Below, one piece after another: positions 27,001 through 39,027 of a stretch of 64,000 nt of DNA. Position 1 is the first letter of the stretch. Each line of letters opens with the position of its first letter. A program made the position numbers and the translations under genes. The DNA is taken from NCBI GenBank assembly GCA_977018835.1, contig OZ361257.1, positions 1,178,001 to 1,242,000 of the forward strand. The letters run 5' to 3'. The notes below the pieces were generated by a model, which worked only from the letters and a program-made list of their open reading frames with translations, did no database searches and had not been told where the DNA came from. Source of the stretch: Minutocellus sp. GHC0000111 (lineage: Eukaryota).

Positions 27001-28885
27001 AGCGATAGCGGTGTTGTTGAGGGACTTTTGAACGAGTCGACTTGGGCGGCTGTAGACTCTAGTTCTTACCTTCCACCAACTCGCCTCACATCCCTAGACC
27101 CCCGGCACATTTTAGTCGATCATAGCAACTCTTTCTCAGTCGAATGCTCTGATCATCCAGGCAGTCTCGAGTTACCATCCTTTTTACTCGACGGGGTTTT
27201 AACCACGCCCCTTCCGCAGACCGACAAGGACCCTCGCATATTGCTTCGCGAGGGCACCAGCGGACGAACTGTCCTTCTACAAGCGAGAAGTGTTCCGTAC
27301 GGCATATCTTCCGTCGATGCGTCACCTCTTCCTTTGGCCGGAAATAGTAGTAAATTTTCAGGATACTACGCACGAAGCAGTAGCTGGGGCGCTTCAATTC
27401 CACCTAATCAACGGCTTCAATGTTGTGAACGACACGCCAAATGATTTGTCCGTCGCAGAAGTATCAGCCGATGGCCGTGAGTTTACTCTGCACCCCAATT
27501 CCTCAGCGAATGTTAGTTGGAGCACAGCCAAGGACAATGGCATGTCACTATCCGTGCATCATAATGATGCTGTTTGCTCAATTACGATTGCAGTGAATGC
27601 AATTGGAGAGAAGAAGTATGAGCTACGAGGTGATACGTTTTTTGGTAGGGTGTCTGTGTGTGTAGTGGCTGGAGACAAGGACGCTCGATTGCGCGTCCGC
27701 ATACACTCACTTGTGATAGATGACGCCAAGGGTGTCGCGCCAATGCCTGCAAATAGAATTGAAAACAGAGGGGCTGCCAGTGACGGTAAAGTTGCACGCA
27801 TCGTTTGGGGCAGTGGAATCATTATCAATCGCCTTCGAGTCCCACACCTCCGAGTTTTACAGTACAGTGACGCTTCCCAGCAACTCGCGCTCTTCGTCAT
27901 GGACAATCTTGATGCGGAATACTGCATCGATGATTCCTCATCTCAACGGTCTGGATGCGACGGTCTTGTGGAGCGTTCCTGCGCAACGGTAGCGGCGAAA
28001 GGCTTAACAATTGATGACCTTCGCAGTGGACATTCTGTATCCATCATGTGCAACACAACGGGTGAGCCCACCGATGATCTTTTTAGGTACCAGTTAGACA
28101 TTCAAAAGCCAGTGCAAAGTGATATCCTTGAGTTGGAAGTGACAACATCTTTTCCTACTCTAAGCAAGCGAAACCCTTTGGACGCTACCATATCGATGGG
28201 TTTTGTCGAGGATTTATCAAAAGAACTGCGTCATTGCGCCGAACATTTTTTCGCCAAGGCAAGCATCAACAGTCAAGACAGGGAACAAAGCCGTTTACGG
28301 TGGAAGAAAGTTGTCGTAGAGCCTCTTCATCTATCTCTCGCCGTCAAGCCTGGGGCGGACAAGAGGACAGAAGCTGGGTCTTCAACTCTCGTCTACTACA
28401 TCCCTTTTGCCGTTCTCAATATGCTCGGCAATGGCCAAGACATTACCGCACGAGTCCGCCTCGCGGAATTCGCATTGGGAGACACCTCAACGAATATTGA
28501 TACTCTTGTTCGCATCCTTCAGGTCTTTTATGCAAGTGAAGTCAAGTCATGCATTAGCGCTGAATTTTCCGAGGCAACTCAATCAGATCTATTAGCGGAT
28601 CTTCGCCAGAGGCGCGAAATCTGTCAGATGTACACGCCATGTTCCGAAGCACCGAAGTCCGAAAAGAAAGTTTTGTTTTCAGATGATTCTAATACGTTCG
28701 AAAAGAAGTTGAAGTCACTTGGATGCAAAGCTGCTAGGCCCACAGATGGCGCCAGCACTGCGAGGAGCGATAAAGTTCATTCTTCGTCCATGAAGAAAAC
28801 TAATCGCAAATCAAGTAAAGCACCATCACAACGGAAGGAACTGGGATCAGAGGCAGACAAAGCCAGGGGATGGTTTGGGAGGTAA
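18031..28885 (+). CDS. Giant VPS13/chorein-N family lipid-transfer-like protein; introns 23546-23658 and 26062-26193; several lesions
   Basis: Chorein-N pieces LTLSLWSGRI, GYVRQVQMDIPW..L..KPVVIKL, KIMENL...IHI and the VPS13 motif YRP......WWRY; long beta-rich body. Frameshifts near 20742, 23528 and 27370; in-frame TAG at 25666-25668. Confidence 0.75.
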
Positions 28886-28985
28886 ATATTTTTTTATGTA
28901 ATTGTAGCAAAGAAGTTGATGTGTGTACTAGTACCAGCAGCTACCTCTCTGGGCACGTCCATTGTTACTTTAGATTGTCACTGCT

Positions 28986-30067
28986 TCAATTCATTTGGTA
29001 TCGGCAAAGAAAGAATCCCCCCGCCTTCTCTTTGACCTCATGCCCAGCCTTTGTTCCAAGTGTAAATGCGTCGCTACTGCTACACTTCCGTGGTAGTCTG
29101 TGCACTACCCTAATTTTTCTTGTCCCATCTGGTGTAAGCAATATCCCTTGAAAAGTCCATTCCTGATTGCACGTATCAAGTGACATGTGCGCAGCAACAG
29201 GGGGGCGGCCTGGCCAATCATGCTGCATGGTATCAATCACATCAAGAAATGCCCGTTCAGCGACAGCGGCAACCCGTGAGCTAGGCTTGTCAATAAGTTT
29301 CAGAAGAGACACCATCTCGTCGTCGTCCTTACGGCATACTGCTGCCACGATTCCCTGACCTGCGCCCGGAAGCAGGTCATCAGCAGGAATTTGGTGGTAC
29401 GGCATGGCGATGGGTTCATTCTTTGATATCCTTTCTAGGCCAGCGGCGGCAAGTATAAGTGCATCGACGTCTCCCCTCTCGAGAGCTGCAATCCTAGCTT
29501 GTATATTTCCCCGTACGTTCACCACTTCTACATCTGGGCGATGTGATAGCAGCTGAGCCTGCCGTCTAACACTAGCAGATCCAACTCGAGCATTTTTGGG
29601 AAGAGATGAAAGAGTATAGTGTCGATCAGAAACTAGTACATCCAACGGATCTTCTCTGTCCGAATAGGACTCAATCACCAAATCATCTTTCCATCGATTA
29701 GAAGGTGGTATGTCCTTCAGGCTATGCACAGCTACATCTATTCTTCCATCGGCCAAGGCAGCATCAAGAGACCCCACGAAATCCACGCCCTTCATTGCAA
29801 GAGGTACATCCTGCGAGGCTGCAATGGGGCTATTGTTGTCACCAGATGCATCGATGGGAACTATCTCAGACTGTATTGGACTTATCGTCGAATCATTTGA
29901 TTCGATCGCATCATGCAGAAGCTGTTGGATCATTTTCGCCTGCACCAGCGCGAGTTTCGACGGTCGGCTGCCTATGCGAATTGTAGTGCTGCCGCTCAAG
30001 GCATAGGACACACTGCGTGTAGCAACAAGAAGCAAAGGATCGTTGTTGTAACCAGGAGCATAATCAT
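28986..30067 (-). CDS. hemC: Porphobilinogen deaminase (hydroxymethylbilane synthase) with signal peptide; 1-bp frameshift near 30035
   Basis: IGSRPSKLALVQA, DVAVHSLKD, REDPLDVL, GSASVRRQAQL, RGNIQARI, LAAAGLER, PGAGQG. Restoring one T gives MIMLLVTTTILLLLVATRSVSYA-L. Confidence 0.92.
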
Positions 30068-30158
30068 CGTCGCATGCTCTATCACGATGCGATGATCGAA
30101 TAATCGAAGAATCGTCGCATGCTCTGCCTATCACGATGTGATGATCGAATAATCGAAT
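30067..30158. repeat. Imperfect tandem duplication of a ~42-46 bp unit directly upstream of hemC
   Basis: tcgtcgcatgctct(gcct)atcacgatgYgatgatcgaataatcgaa occurs twice. Confidence 0.85.
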
Positions 30159-30212
30159 TCATGCTGAAAAGCATCCAGCATCTCATCAAGATCGAAAGAT
30201 CTGCCGCCGCGC

Positions 30213-33200
30213 CAGTGGCGTTTAGGACCCGGACAGCTCCAAAGAATCGTCTTTCCGCCTGTACGTATTTGCCCATTTTGCGCAGAATTTTGTCGGCCAA
30301 CCGCCCAATCCCGTCGAGGCGTTGGATCTGGCCAATCACCGCTATTTTCAGCCACATGGGCAGTCCGGTAGCCGATAGTGATGTGCCGTAGTGTCTGCCA
30401 GGTAGTTAGATGTGCGTACTGTGGCCTGGGGTGCCGCCTGGGGGGCAAAATCCAGTCAGTCAAGTGACCGATGCTTTTGCGCTGCGGGGGACGTCGAGCC
30501 CTTCTCTGTCGTTCGGTGGGCGCTAGGGCAACCCAGCAGCCCCATCAACCGCATCAAAGTCGGCAGTAGTGGTGGTTTGGTTCGTGATGTGGTGATGGGG
30601 ACGGTGGTCGGGGTCCGAGGGGCGTTCTGTGGCTCGATCTGCGTCATTTTGTTCCTGGGCGGTCCAGCAGCAATCATAATTTCCTAAGTACACCATTATG
30701 CCAATATAGGTAGATACTATTGCCAATAGTCTTGATCGTTGGCTGCTCCCACGTGCTTAGCATCTGACGCCGCGACCGTACCAACGATGAGGCGGTCACT
30801 GGTATTGATTGGGGCTCGGTAAAAAGCTGCATCTTCTTCGACTACCGTTCCTGGACTTCCTCGCTCGGCAATTGGCACCAGTTATCCATGACGGGCCTGT
30901 CCCGGTCGTTGCTGCTGCAGTCGAGAATCTTCGTAATCGAGAACGCCGAGTACCTCAAAGCTCTCGGATACGAGAAGACCGGCCGCCACCGTCTCCATGC
31001 CGTTCAGTGCGACCAGTCAGTTTGGATTCCTGGTGCACTTCGTGAGCAAAGACGTGAAGGAGATCCGTGAATATTACATGGGCGTTACTGGTGTCCCTCA
31101 GCCATTCATTATCGTTTCCCATGACGATTGGGATGGCAACACGAGAGAGATTCGTGGCCTCTCGATCATGTACGCCCACCCCGTCACCTTCGCCTTCCGT
31201 CAGATCGCCATTGCTCTTTTGCCGCCCGAGGGCAAGAAAGCTGTCGACGTCAAGGCCGATGGCTACAAGGCCTTTCTCCGGTATGGAATTGAAAAGTACG
31301 ACCTTGCCGCTCCAGTCAATGATACGACCACTTCCGCAGGTGAGTTATGCTTGCTGCTCGCTCTTCTGCTTGTTTTTACTTAGACTGTTGAAGGACAGAC
31401 CGCATCTTCTTGCGGAGCCGTAGCCGGCGTGCCTGCGCCATGCTGAATGAATGCAGCCGGTACACGTGTACCGTAATGCATGTGCCGGCACACGCAGATC
31501 TACGTGTATATCTGCATCGATTGATCCATTTGCATGCATGCATGTACATATATCACATATTGGCTTATCGAACACACTGACAATTATGTCTATCCATCTA
31601 CAATCTGTTGACACAACTTCTACTTTTATTTTTTGCATCATTGTTATCATGAAACGACAACACCGACGATGCGCATGACAGTTGCAGCAGGCAAGTTGCT
31701 TTGTCCAAATACTCGGGAGGTTGGCACCTGCGCCATGCACGTTGCCAGCAAGATCATTGAGCGAATCACCGGTAACGTTGTGAGAACTGTGAACAAAAAG
31801 GAAGTTGATCCTTTTCCTGAAGCCGTCACCTTGTTCAAGAAAATCAGTGCCCTCGTGAATGGAGTTAACGCATCGAGCCGATTCAAGGAGTACAGAGTCG
31901 CCAACAAGAAGAAATGCAGAACTGTCATTACGCTTCCGGTGCCCAGTGACACCAGAGCTGCAGGCCGCACCGATGTTCAAGGCAAGGCCGTCCTTCGTTC
32001 CCGGTACTCTCTTGAGCTGTACAGTCAGGAGAAGGACGCCATTTACAAGCTGCTCCCAACCCCCAATGAGTGGCAGGCATATGCCGAGATCATTGCCATT
32101 TGTCTGATAATCAATGGCCTCATCTTCTCCGTCCAAACGAACAGATTCGGCCACGGCGGTGAGCTGCTGATACATATTGGGCGCACTCTTGCTGCCATCC
32201 GTAAGGAAGTATTCGACGTTGTCGACTTTGAGGCTGGTCAGAAAATGGCTTGGGATGCAAGCGTTCAGTACAGTGACCTGCCGAAGCGAAAGATGACAAC
32301 ATCGGCAGCTAAGTCTGCAGCTCGGGCCAATAGCAAGAAGCCCCTCGCTCTCATGTCCAGCCTTGCTGCTACGGCTCGTTTGCGCGCCGAGCGTGAGCTC
32401 GCCCACTATTTCTTTGTTTCCGACGAGACGCATCTGGAACATGAGTTCATTCTTTTGAGTTTTGTCTGCAATCCAGCCCTTATTGACATGGGGCAGCTTG
32501 AACTTCGCATGTTGCAGTCAGAGGACGATGCCGACGAAGGCAAGGTCGACGCTTTGCTCGCCCGAGCGGGGGAGATGCTTGTTGCTGAGCTGTTGAAGGT
32601 AGCGTCTGGCATGGATCTCGCGGCTTTCTTAGGCGTCAAGCGCATGCTGCCTGCACACTCAGTCGTCGCTCAAGATTTTCTTGATCGTGAGGAAAGCGAA
32701 GATGACGACGACGCTCTCTCCCACCTCAATAAGAAGCCTCGCTTCGACAATAGGAAGAAGAAGAATGCCGCCGATGCTGCTGCTAACATGACCAACGAGG
32801 ATCGCATCAAGGAGGAGGTCGAACGGCTCTTCAATCTGCAGAACGATTGGCGGCAGGTCCTCGGCGAATTTTCTCTTGTCAAAACGGAAGACGTCGACTG
32901 GAACGCTGTGGCAAAAGGCGATTCCCTCTACATTGCGAAGGTATTCGATGTCATGAATTGGTGGGCGCATCGAGGCAAGATGATGTTCCCCATCGTTGCT
33001 TTGATTGCACCTCGAGTTCTGTCCCGTCCTGCATCGAATGCATACCAGGAGCGCATCTTCTCTACATGCAGCTGGTTTGACTCCAAGCTCCGCTCCCGCC
33101 TTGGCCCCGAGCGTTTTGAGATGGCAGTGCTCTTGACCGTCAATAGGGTCTGGATGGAGGAGAAGCTCAAGAAGAAGCATCTTGACGATGAGGCGGTAAA

Positions 33201-33796
33201 GGAATCTGCCAGTGAGGTCCTCAAATTCTTTGGAGTTGATGATCTAGATCACAGCAACGAGGTTGAGACAATTGATCTCATTGGAGATGACGATGACGGC
33301 AACAGTGATTGAAAGGATTATTTTATGAAGGAGAAAAGATTGATGCATTCTCTCCTCGATACCGGGCATACCGGTACAGAAAATAACACAGATGCAATTT
33401 GCAACACATGCCTGAAAAGAAAAATTTAAAATGAAGCAGCAACAGCAAAGCAGAAAGATACCAAAAATGAAAGCAATATGATAATATAATTGATAGTAAC
33501 CAATGATAATACCGATACAACATTACATCTACTTATACTTCAAAATATTATGTTATATTGCCATTTACTTCTGCCTTACATGACAATCCAACATTCGTGT
33601 ATTCTGTCGAGTATCCGGCTTTTCCTGAAAAAGGTACCCGGAAGAGGATACTCGAAAGTCAACGTGTACCAAGGTTTTGGACCATGGACGTGTATGTGTG
33701 TACGTGTAGAAAAAATCGCTACATACACGTACATACATGCAATTTACGCGAAAGTAGACAGGACGAGTAGCGTTCCCTGGGTCCTACCCCCCACTG
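30213..33796 (+). mobile_element. hAT-superfamily DNA transposon with 18-bp imperfect TIRs
   Basis: Left CAGTGGCGTTTAGGACCC (30213-30230) against the reverse complement of the right end CAGTGGGGGGTAGGACCC (33779-33796): 15/18 identical. Encloses a transposase. Confidence 0.8.
30888..33312 (+). CDS. hAT transposase; intron 31340-31681; 5' part disrupted
   Basis: SHDDWD and VNDTTTSA (candidate catalytic Asps), CAMH (C-x2-H), and dimerisation domain WW....FP.VA.IA..VLSRPASNAYQERIFS. Intron phases match. Confidence 0.88.
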
Positions 33797-34147
33797 GCGC
33801 GCACTGAATGAATATCAATCGAATCGAACGAGTCGAGTCAAGTCTTTGTGCCGTCAAGCACGTGCTTCGTCGTGCTCTTGACGTCTCTTGCTTTTCTGGT
33901 TTTACCGTACTGGTCCAAGGGACCTTGCATGGTCTACACGCGCGGCAGAGATCTTACATACAAAATGCGGCGTAATTGGTTCTATCGCAATTTGCTTTAG
34001 ATCTACATGTACGGTACAATCACATGTAATACAGTAGCCGCCGTACCGATTCTGGTATCTTTCCCATATTTTTTTACTTTTTGAATTTCTGAATAAAATT
34101 TTGTGATAAAGCTGCATTTGTTCGTAATGTTGTCGAGTTCAGCCTAT

Positions 34148-34810
34148 TTACTTGTGCGCTGTTCTCTGAGTCATTCTCTTGGTTCGTCTGGCCTTCTTGG
34201 CACTTTCCTTCCTCAACATCCGCTCCTTCCTTCGCAGGCTGAAAGAAGCCGAAAAGTCGACCGAGCCGGCCGAGAAGCCAACGCTGGACGGGACGGACAT
34301 GGAGGTGGAAAATTGCATGCTCTGATCGGTCGACAGGGAGTAGTCCGACATGGACATGGAGAAGTCCGCCATCGAGTACGAACCATCGTCGGGCTCGGTC
34401 GAGCCAAAGTCCGGCTCGGGCACAGGGGCGGGAGCTGTCGCATCGTTCGTGGTGTCACCATTATCCGAACCAGCATCATCAGGCTGGGCACTGTCCTCCC
34501 CGGCATCAGCCGCAGGAGTGTCGCTAAAGGACGGATCATCAACCACAGTGGTGGCACCATCGGACGGCGGAGCCGCGGGCACGGCCTTGCTGCCATTACT
34601 ACTGCCGCCGCGGACCGACACCACTCCAGCTACGACGACGGCAATCAGGGCCACGACCAGAATGGCCAGGACGATGGGGATGCACCGCCGCCGCCCCTGC
34701 CCCTCGGCGCTGCTCGAGCCTCCCCGAAAGGTGTTGAACTTTTGATCCTCCGCGTTGGGGAGGGACCCCCATCCCCTCTGGGGTGGGACCTCCGTTTGCA
34801 AGCCGGGCAT
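34148..34810 (-). CDS. Single-pass acidic low-complexity protein with SMSM repeats and basic tail
   Basis: TM segment IVLAILVVALIAVVVAGVV, D/P/A-rich linker, SMADFSMSMS, RRKERMLRK. Confidence 0.6.
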   Translation of the reverse strand: MPGLQTEVPPQRGWGSLPNAEDQKFNTFRGGSSSAEGQGRRRCIPIVLAILVVALIAVVVAGVVSVRGGSSNGSKAVPAAPPSDGATTVVDDPSFSDTPAADAGEDSAQPDDAGSDNGDTTNDATAPAPVPEPDFGSTEPDDGSYSMADFSMSMSDYSLSTDQSMQFSTSMSVPSSVGFSAGSVDFSASFSLRRKERMLRKESAKKARRTKRMTQRTAHK

Positions 34811-35360
34811 AATGTATTATTTATTCGTGAGAAATATTGCCGCTGTCGAGTCGGACGGAAAAAGAAAAAGAAATGTCCGAATTCCCTCAAGCAGCTATGG
34901 GACCAATCTTTCGCGTTTGAAGATGGTCTGACTAAAAAAAGATGGGATGTACGACCTCAAGAACACTGCTGAGTGGTTGGAATCGCTTGGAGGTGCAGAT
35001 AACACAACGCAAACAGCCGAAATTTTGATACGGCGCACCGCTGCCGCATGGATGTGATGACCCGCGTGTGCTAAAATGAGCGGACGGCCGCATCGTGGAT
35101 TTAAGCCCTTTCTTCATTACGTCGACTACGTCAAAAAAAAAGGTCAGAAAGGGTAACGTCAAAGTAACGTCAAAGAAACAAAGAGATTACGGCGTCGTAT
35201 ACGTACGTCACTCACCCGCGATCTGGCCCAGGAAGAACTTCAAGGTGGTGCGTGTTTTTCGTTTGCTGCTTGCTGCCTGCCTGCCTTGCGGCTTCCTGCT
35301 TCGCTCGCCCAACACCCGACACTCTCTTTTGCAGTCCAATCCCATTCAAAACAAGAAACA

Positions 35361-36597
35361 ATGAAGACCACCTCCGCTCTGCTCCTTGCCTGCGCCGGTT
35401 CGGCCGCCGCCTTTGCCCCTCAGGCCTCCAACAAGGTGCGACAAACGAAACAATTGGCAAAGAAGGGCAGGCTTCATGAATATCGGAATTTTTTCGGTTC
35501 GGTGTTGTTGGGCTGTGGGTTCTGTCGATCGGAGGGAATGGCCGAGCTATTACGCAGTAGCAAGAATGGAAAATCACGGCGGAATGCTGCGTGGGAAAAG
35601 ATCGGCGATGGGAAGCGTTGGCCGATATATCTGCGAAAGTGAAAGATGCATGGGGCGCTCGTATCTTGGCGGTGGGTCCAGGTGCAGCACTAAATGAGCT
35701 CGTCCTGTGAAGTTCGATCCTGCGTTTTGGAAGGAGATTATCGATGCGATGGAAGCAGCGGTGCAGTACGAAGCACAAATCACATTGACCAGCCGTTGGT
35801 AACATGTCGACTTTAAGAAGCACGTGCTTGCGCCCTATCTATTGGCAACGAAATAGAATATCTCAGCAGGGAGAGCATGCCACAATATGCGTGAAAGAGG
35901 AAGACTTCTGGCAGAGCTTCTTCTAATTTTTCTTTTTTCATCCGCCCCAAGGCCTCAGCATTCCATTTACATGATGCGCAAACAACTCAATGTCTCATAT
36001 TCATATTCTTCTCTCTTACCCCAATTCTTACCAACATTGACCGAGCAGGTCTCCACTGCTCTTGCCGCTGACCTTGAGTCCATCGGTGGTGCCACTGCCC
36101 CCGCCAACAACTTCGACCCCCTCCGCCTCTCCCAGCTCGGATCTGACGAGACCCTCGCCTGGTTCCGCGCCGCCGAGCTCAAGCACAGCCGCGTTGCCAT
36201 GCTCGCCACCACCGGCTACATGGTCCAGGCCGCTGGCATCCACTTCCCCGGCATGCTTTCCTCCGACGTCTCCTTCGAGTCCCTCTCCGGCATGAACCCC
36301 TTCGATGCCTGGGAGGCCGTCCCCCTCGCCGGCAAGGCCCAGATCATCGGCACCATCTTCATTGCCGAGCTCTCGACCGAGTCCAAGGGCACTCACTACA
36401 CCAAGGGCGGACCTCTCCCCGAGATCGTCTTCCCCAAGTTCGACTTCTCCGGCGTCAACCCCGAGACTCTCGAGAAGAAGCGCTGCAGGGAGCTCAACAA
36501 CGGCCGTCTCGCCATGATTGGCATCATGAGCTACATCTCGGCTTGCAATGTTCCCGGATCTGTCCCCTTCCTCAACGGCAACCCGTGGTTCCCTTAA
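35361..36597 (+). CDS. Light-harvesting fucoxanthin-chlorophyll a/c binding protein; intron 35436-36048
   Basis: SAAAF-AP presequence; FDPL, FRAAELKHSRVAMLA, ELNNGRLAMIG; strongly C-ending codons. Confidence 0.96.
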
Positions 36598-36855
36598 ATG
36601 GGTGATTATACGCTGAAATACTGCATGTAATCTAGCTACATATTTTGGACGAAGGAAAGGATCTGCTTACAGTCTGTCATCATACTGGATTTGATTGATT
36701 TGATTATCCAAAGCACATAGTAGAGATAGGGTTTTGTCACTGCATACACACACATATTACTCTTTATCTGACTAATCTGCTCCAACGCGTTGCATTCGCA
36801 ACGCTGGAACGCACACTATCTCTGGTCGACATTTCAATATGCCATCTCTATGTAT

Positions 36856-38433
36856 TCACTTCTTCATGATCTTGGTGAGCTCTCCTCGGACGTAGTGCAT
36901 TGCGCCGATAAGGGTTTCCCTACCGTAGCTCTCAATGGAAACATGAGGAAAGTCGCGACAGTCATCTCGGATCTCAACAGAGATTCGGCTGCCAGGGAAC
37001 TGTCTGAGCAACTCCTGGTGCTTCCTTCCCCGGTGGCCCACCAGCATGTCGTAGACCAAAGCCCTCCATCCCTCTCCAATATCCTTGGAGGGAATCGATA
37101 TGATCCCAAGCCAAGATTTGGGTCGAATAAATGCCGGGCCTCTCTCCACGTACACGACGAGTGGATCGTTGGTGAAGGGCGTGCGGCCCTCCCACGGAAC
37201 GCGCGAAGCATCGACGATGCCATATTCGCCGCAAACCATGATATCGAAGAGCAGTGGGCGGCGCAGACAATCGGGAAGGCTCTCGTACAGCAGATCCTCA
37301 ACTCCCCAGCAGCAGCGGTGGACGTCCGACTGCGAATCATCCTTGGCACGGACGGCAATGTAGACTGCGCCATCGTCGTGATGACGACCACCACTTGCAA
37401 CGATCTCGCCCTCCTCAGCCACCTCAATGTCTACCGTAGTGATCGTTTCGTCACCTAGCTGCTTGAGCTTCCGGGAGTGACGACGGATCTCATCAATGGC
37501 AACGAAGCTTGGGACGCGAAGACGCTCGACGCGGTGGGACTCCACCTTCATCTTCTTGGCGCTATTGGAATGCTCATCATCACTGGCGATATCATTGCGA
37601 ACCAACGCTGCTGCCGAGTTGGGATGTCCGTTCTCCTTGTCCTCGTGTACGTGCCGAGGATTCTTGGTCTTTCTGGGGATGGGCATCGTATCTCCCTCAG
37701 GACCTCCCTGATCATTCATCTGGGCATCCTTGCCATTTTCGTCCTGATGGACGGAGAAGTCATCACCGGAAAACATCATGGATCCACCCACCGAATTATT
37801 ATCCGTGGCATTCTTTGGCTCCGAGCTAGCGGTGGATATAATGACCTCAGACGGTACGGCGAAAGTAGGTGCATGCTCATTATCCTTCTCCTCCTCCTGC
37901 TCGTCGTCATCCCCATCCACTTTCATCTCATCGCCTTCTTCCCCAAACTCCTCTTCCTTCGACGTTGGGGCCGTATCGTCCAACATCTCCTCGGCAGGAG
38001 TATGAGAAGGAGGACGGTATCGGAGACATTCCATCGTCAGCGAATGGATCACCTCCCCCTGCTCTCGTCGTTGCTCGTCACCTACAATCTGGACCGAGTA
38101 CATGGGTGGATCGCCGCCGTAGGGGCGCGAGATGATGACGCCGGGCAGAGATTCATCGCCACCAAGGACGCTAACGGGACAGTCGATGGCATACCTCAGC
38201 TGGGCCTCGGATACGACAACGGTGGTATCGGTAGTGAGGACGTCCAAAGCGACCTCGTAGTTGGTGGTGCGATCTGACGACGTTGACAGGTCGATGAAGG
38301 CCGACTGGACGACTGCTGACGTCGGCCTACATGTAGACGCTGCTACGGCACTGCTACTAAATGATACGCTGCAGCCGGGAGGAAACGGAAGCTGGGCCGC
38401 CTTGGCGGGTGGGAAGACGAGTCTGTCGGCCAT
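36856..38433 (-). CDS. Hypothetical protein with C-terminal KH-like domain
   Basis: 525-aa ORF; LVGHRG (GxxG loop) followed by ISVEI..PHVSIES; acidic linker. Confidence 0.6.
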   Translation of the reverse strand: MADRLVFPPAKAAQLPFPPGCSVSFSSSAVAASTCRPTSAVVQSAFIDLSTSSDRTTNYEVALDVLTTDTTVVVSEAQLRYAIDCPVSVLGGDESLPGVIISRPYGGDPPMYSVQIVGDEQRREQGEVIHSLTMECLRYRPPSHTPAEEMLDDTAPTSKEEEFGEEGDEMKVDGDDDEQEEEKDNEHAPTFAVPSEVIISTASSEPKNATDNNSVGGSMMFSGDDFSVHQDENGKDAQMNDQGGPEGDTMPIPRKTKNPRHVHEDKENGHPNSAAALVRNDIASDDEHSNSAKKMKVESHRVERLRVPSFVAIDEIRRHSRKLKQLGDETITTVDIEVAEEGEIVASGGRHHDDGAVYIAVRAKDDSQSDVHRCCWGVEDLLYESLPDCLRRPLLFDIMVCGEYGIVDASRVPWEGRTPFTNDPLVVYVERGPAFIRPKSWLGIISIPSKDIGEGWRALVYDMLVGHRGRKHQELLRQFPGSRISVEIRDDCRDFPHVSIESYGRETLIGAMHYVRGELTKIMKK

Positions 38434-39027
38434 GGTGACGACTCATTCAGCTTTGCAAGGTGCGAGAATGAAACGCCAGAACATTTGAAATGAAGAACAT
38501 TTGAAATGAATCTGCTGCAAAGCACCGCTTAGCTCAGCTCAGCTCAGCTCGCTCTGCCGACCGGGCGGGCAGCAACCATCACGGAGCAAAGCATGGTTTA
38601 TTATTCGTGCCTCGCAAGAAGCAAAGACAACGCACCATTCCCCTAACGAGTCAAGCAATCGGATCAGCATCCTCTTGCTTTGACTTGTGGCGGGCCCGCC
38701 ACTCGCGGCAGCATAAGCAAAAAATCCGGGTTACTTTACGGTTTAGCTCATTTTTTTGCCGACCGTCGCTGCTGCTGCTGCCTGCTGCTGCTCTGCCGGC
38801 AGCTCTGTGGTCAGAACAAATACCTCGCGATCCAGACAGATACCAATTGGTACACCAAGCAAGAGTGTCGGAGACAACAACTCGATCGGCTCACACCACC
38901 CTTGAATTTGGTTTAGTCGCAATTGCACTTGATCTCGAAGAGAAGGCGTGTTCCGCATCAACCACCAACCAGCGAAGCACTCAAATCAGAAGAGCCATCA
39001 GTCCCGCCAAATCACCAAGTCATCATC

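Noticed and set aside
38479..38550. 16-bp tandem duplication and (AGCTC)n run; similar short repeats near 60017 and 60420
   Set aside because: Ordinary slippage repeats with no supporting evidence of function.
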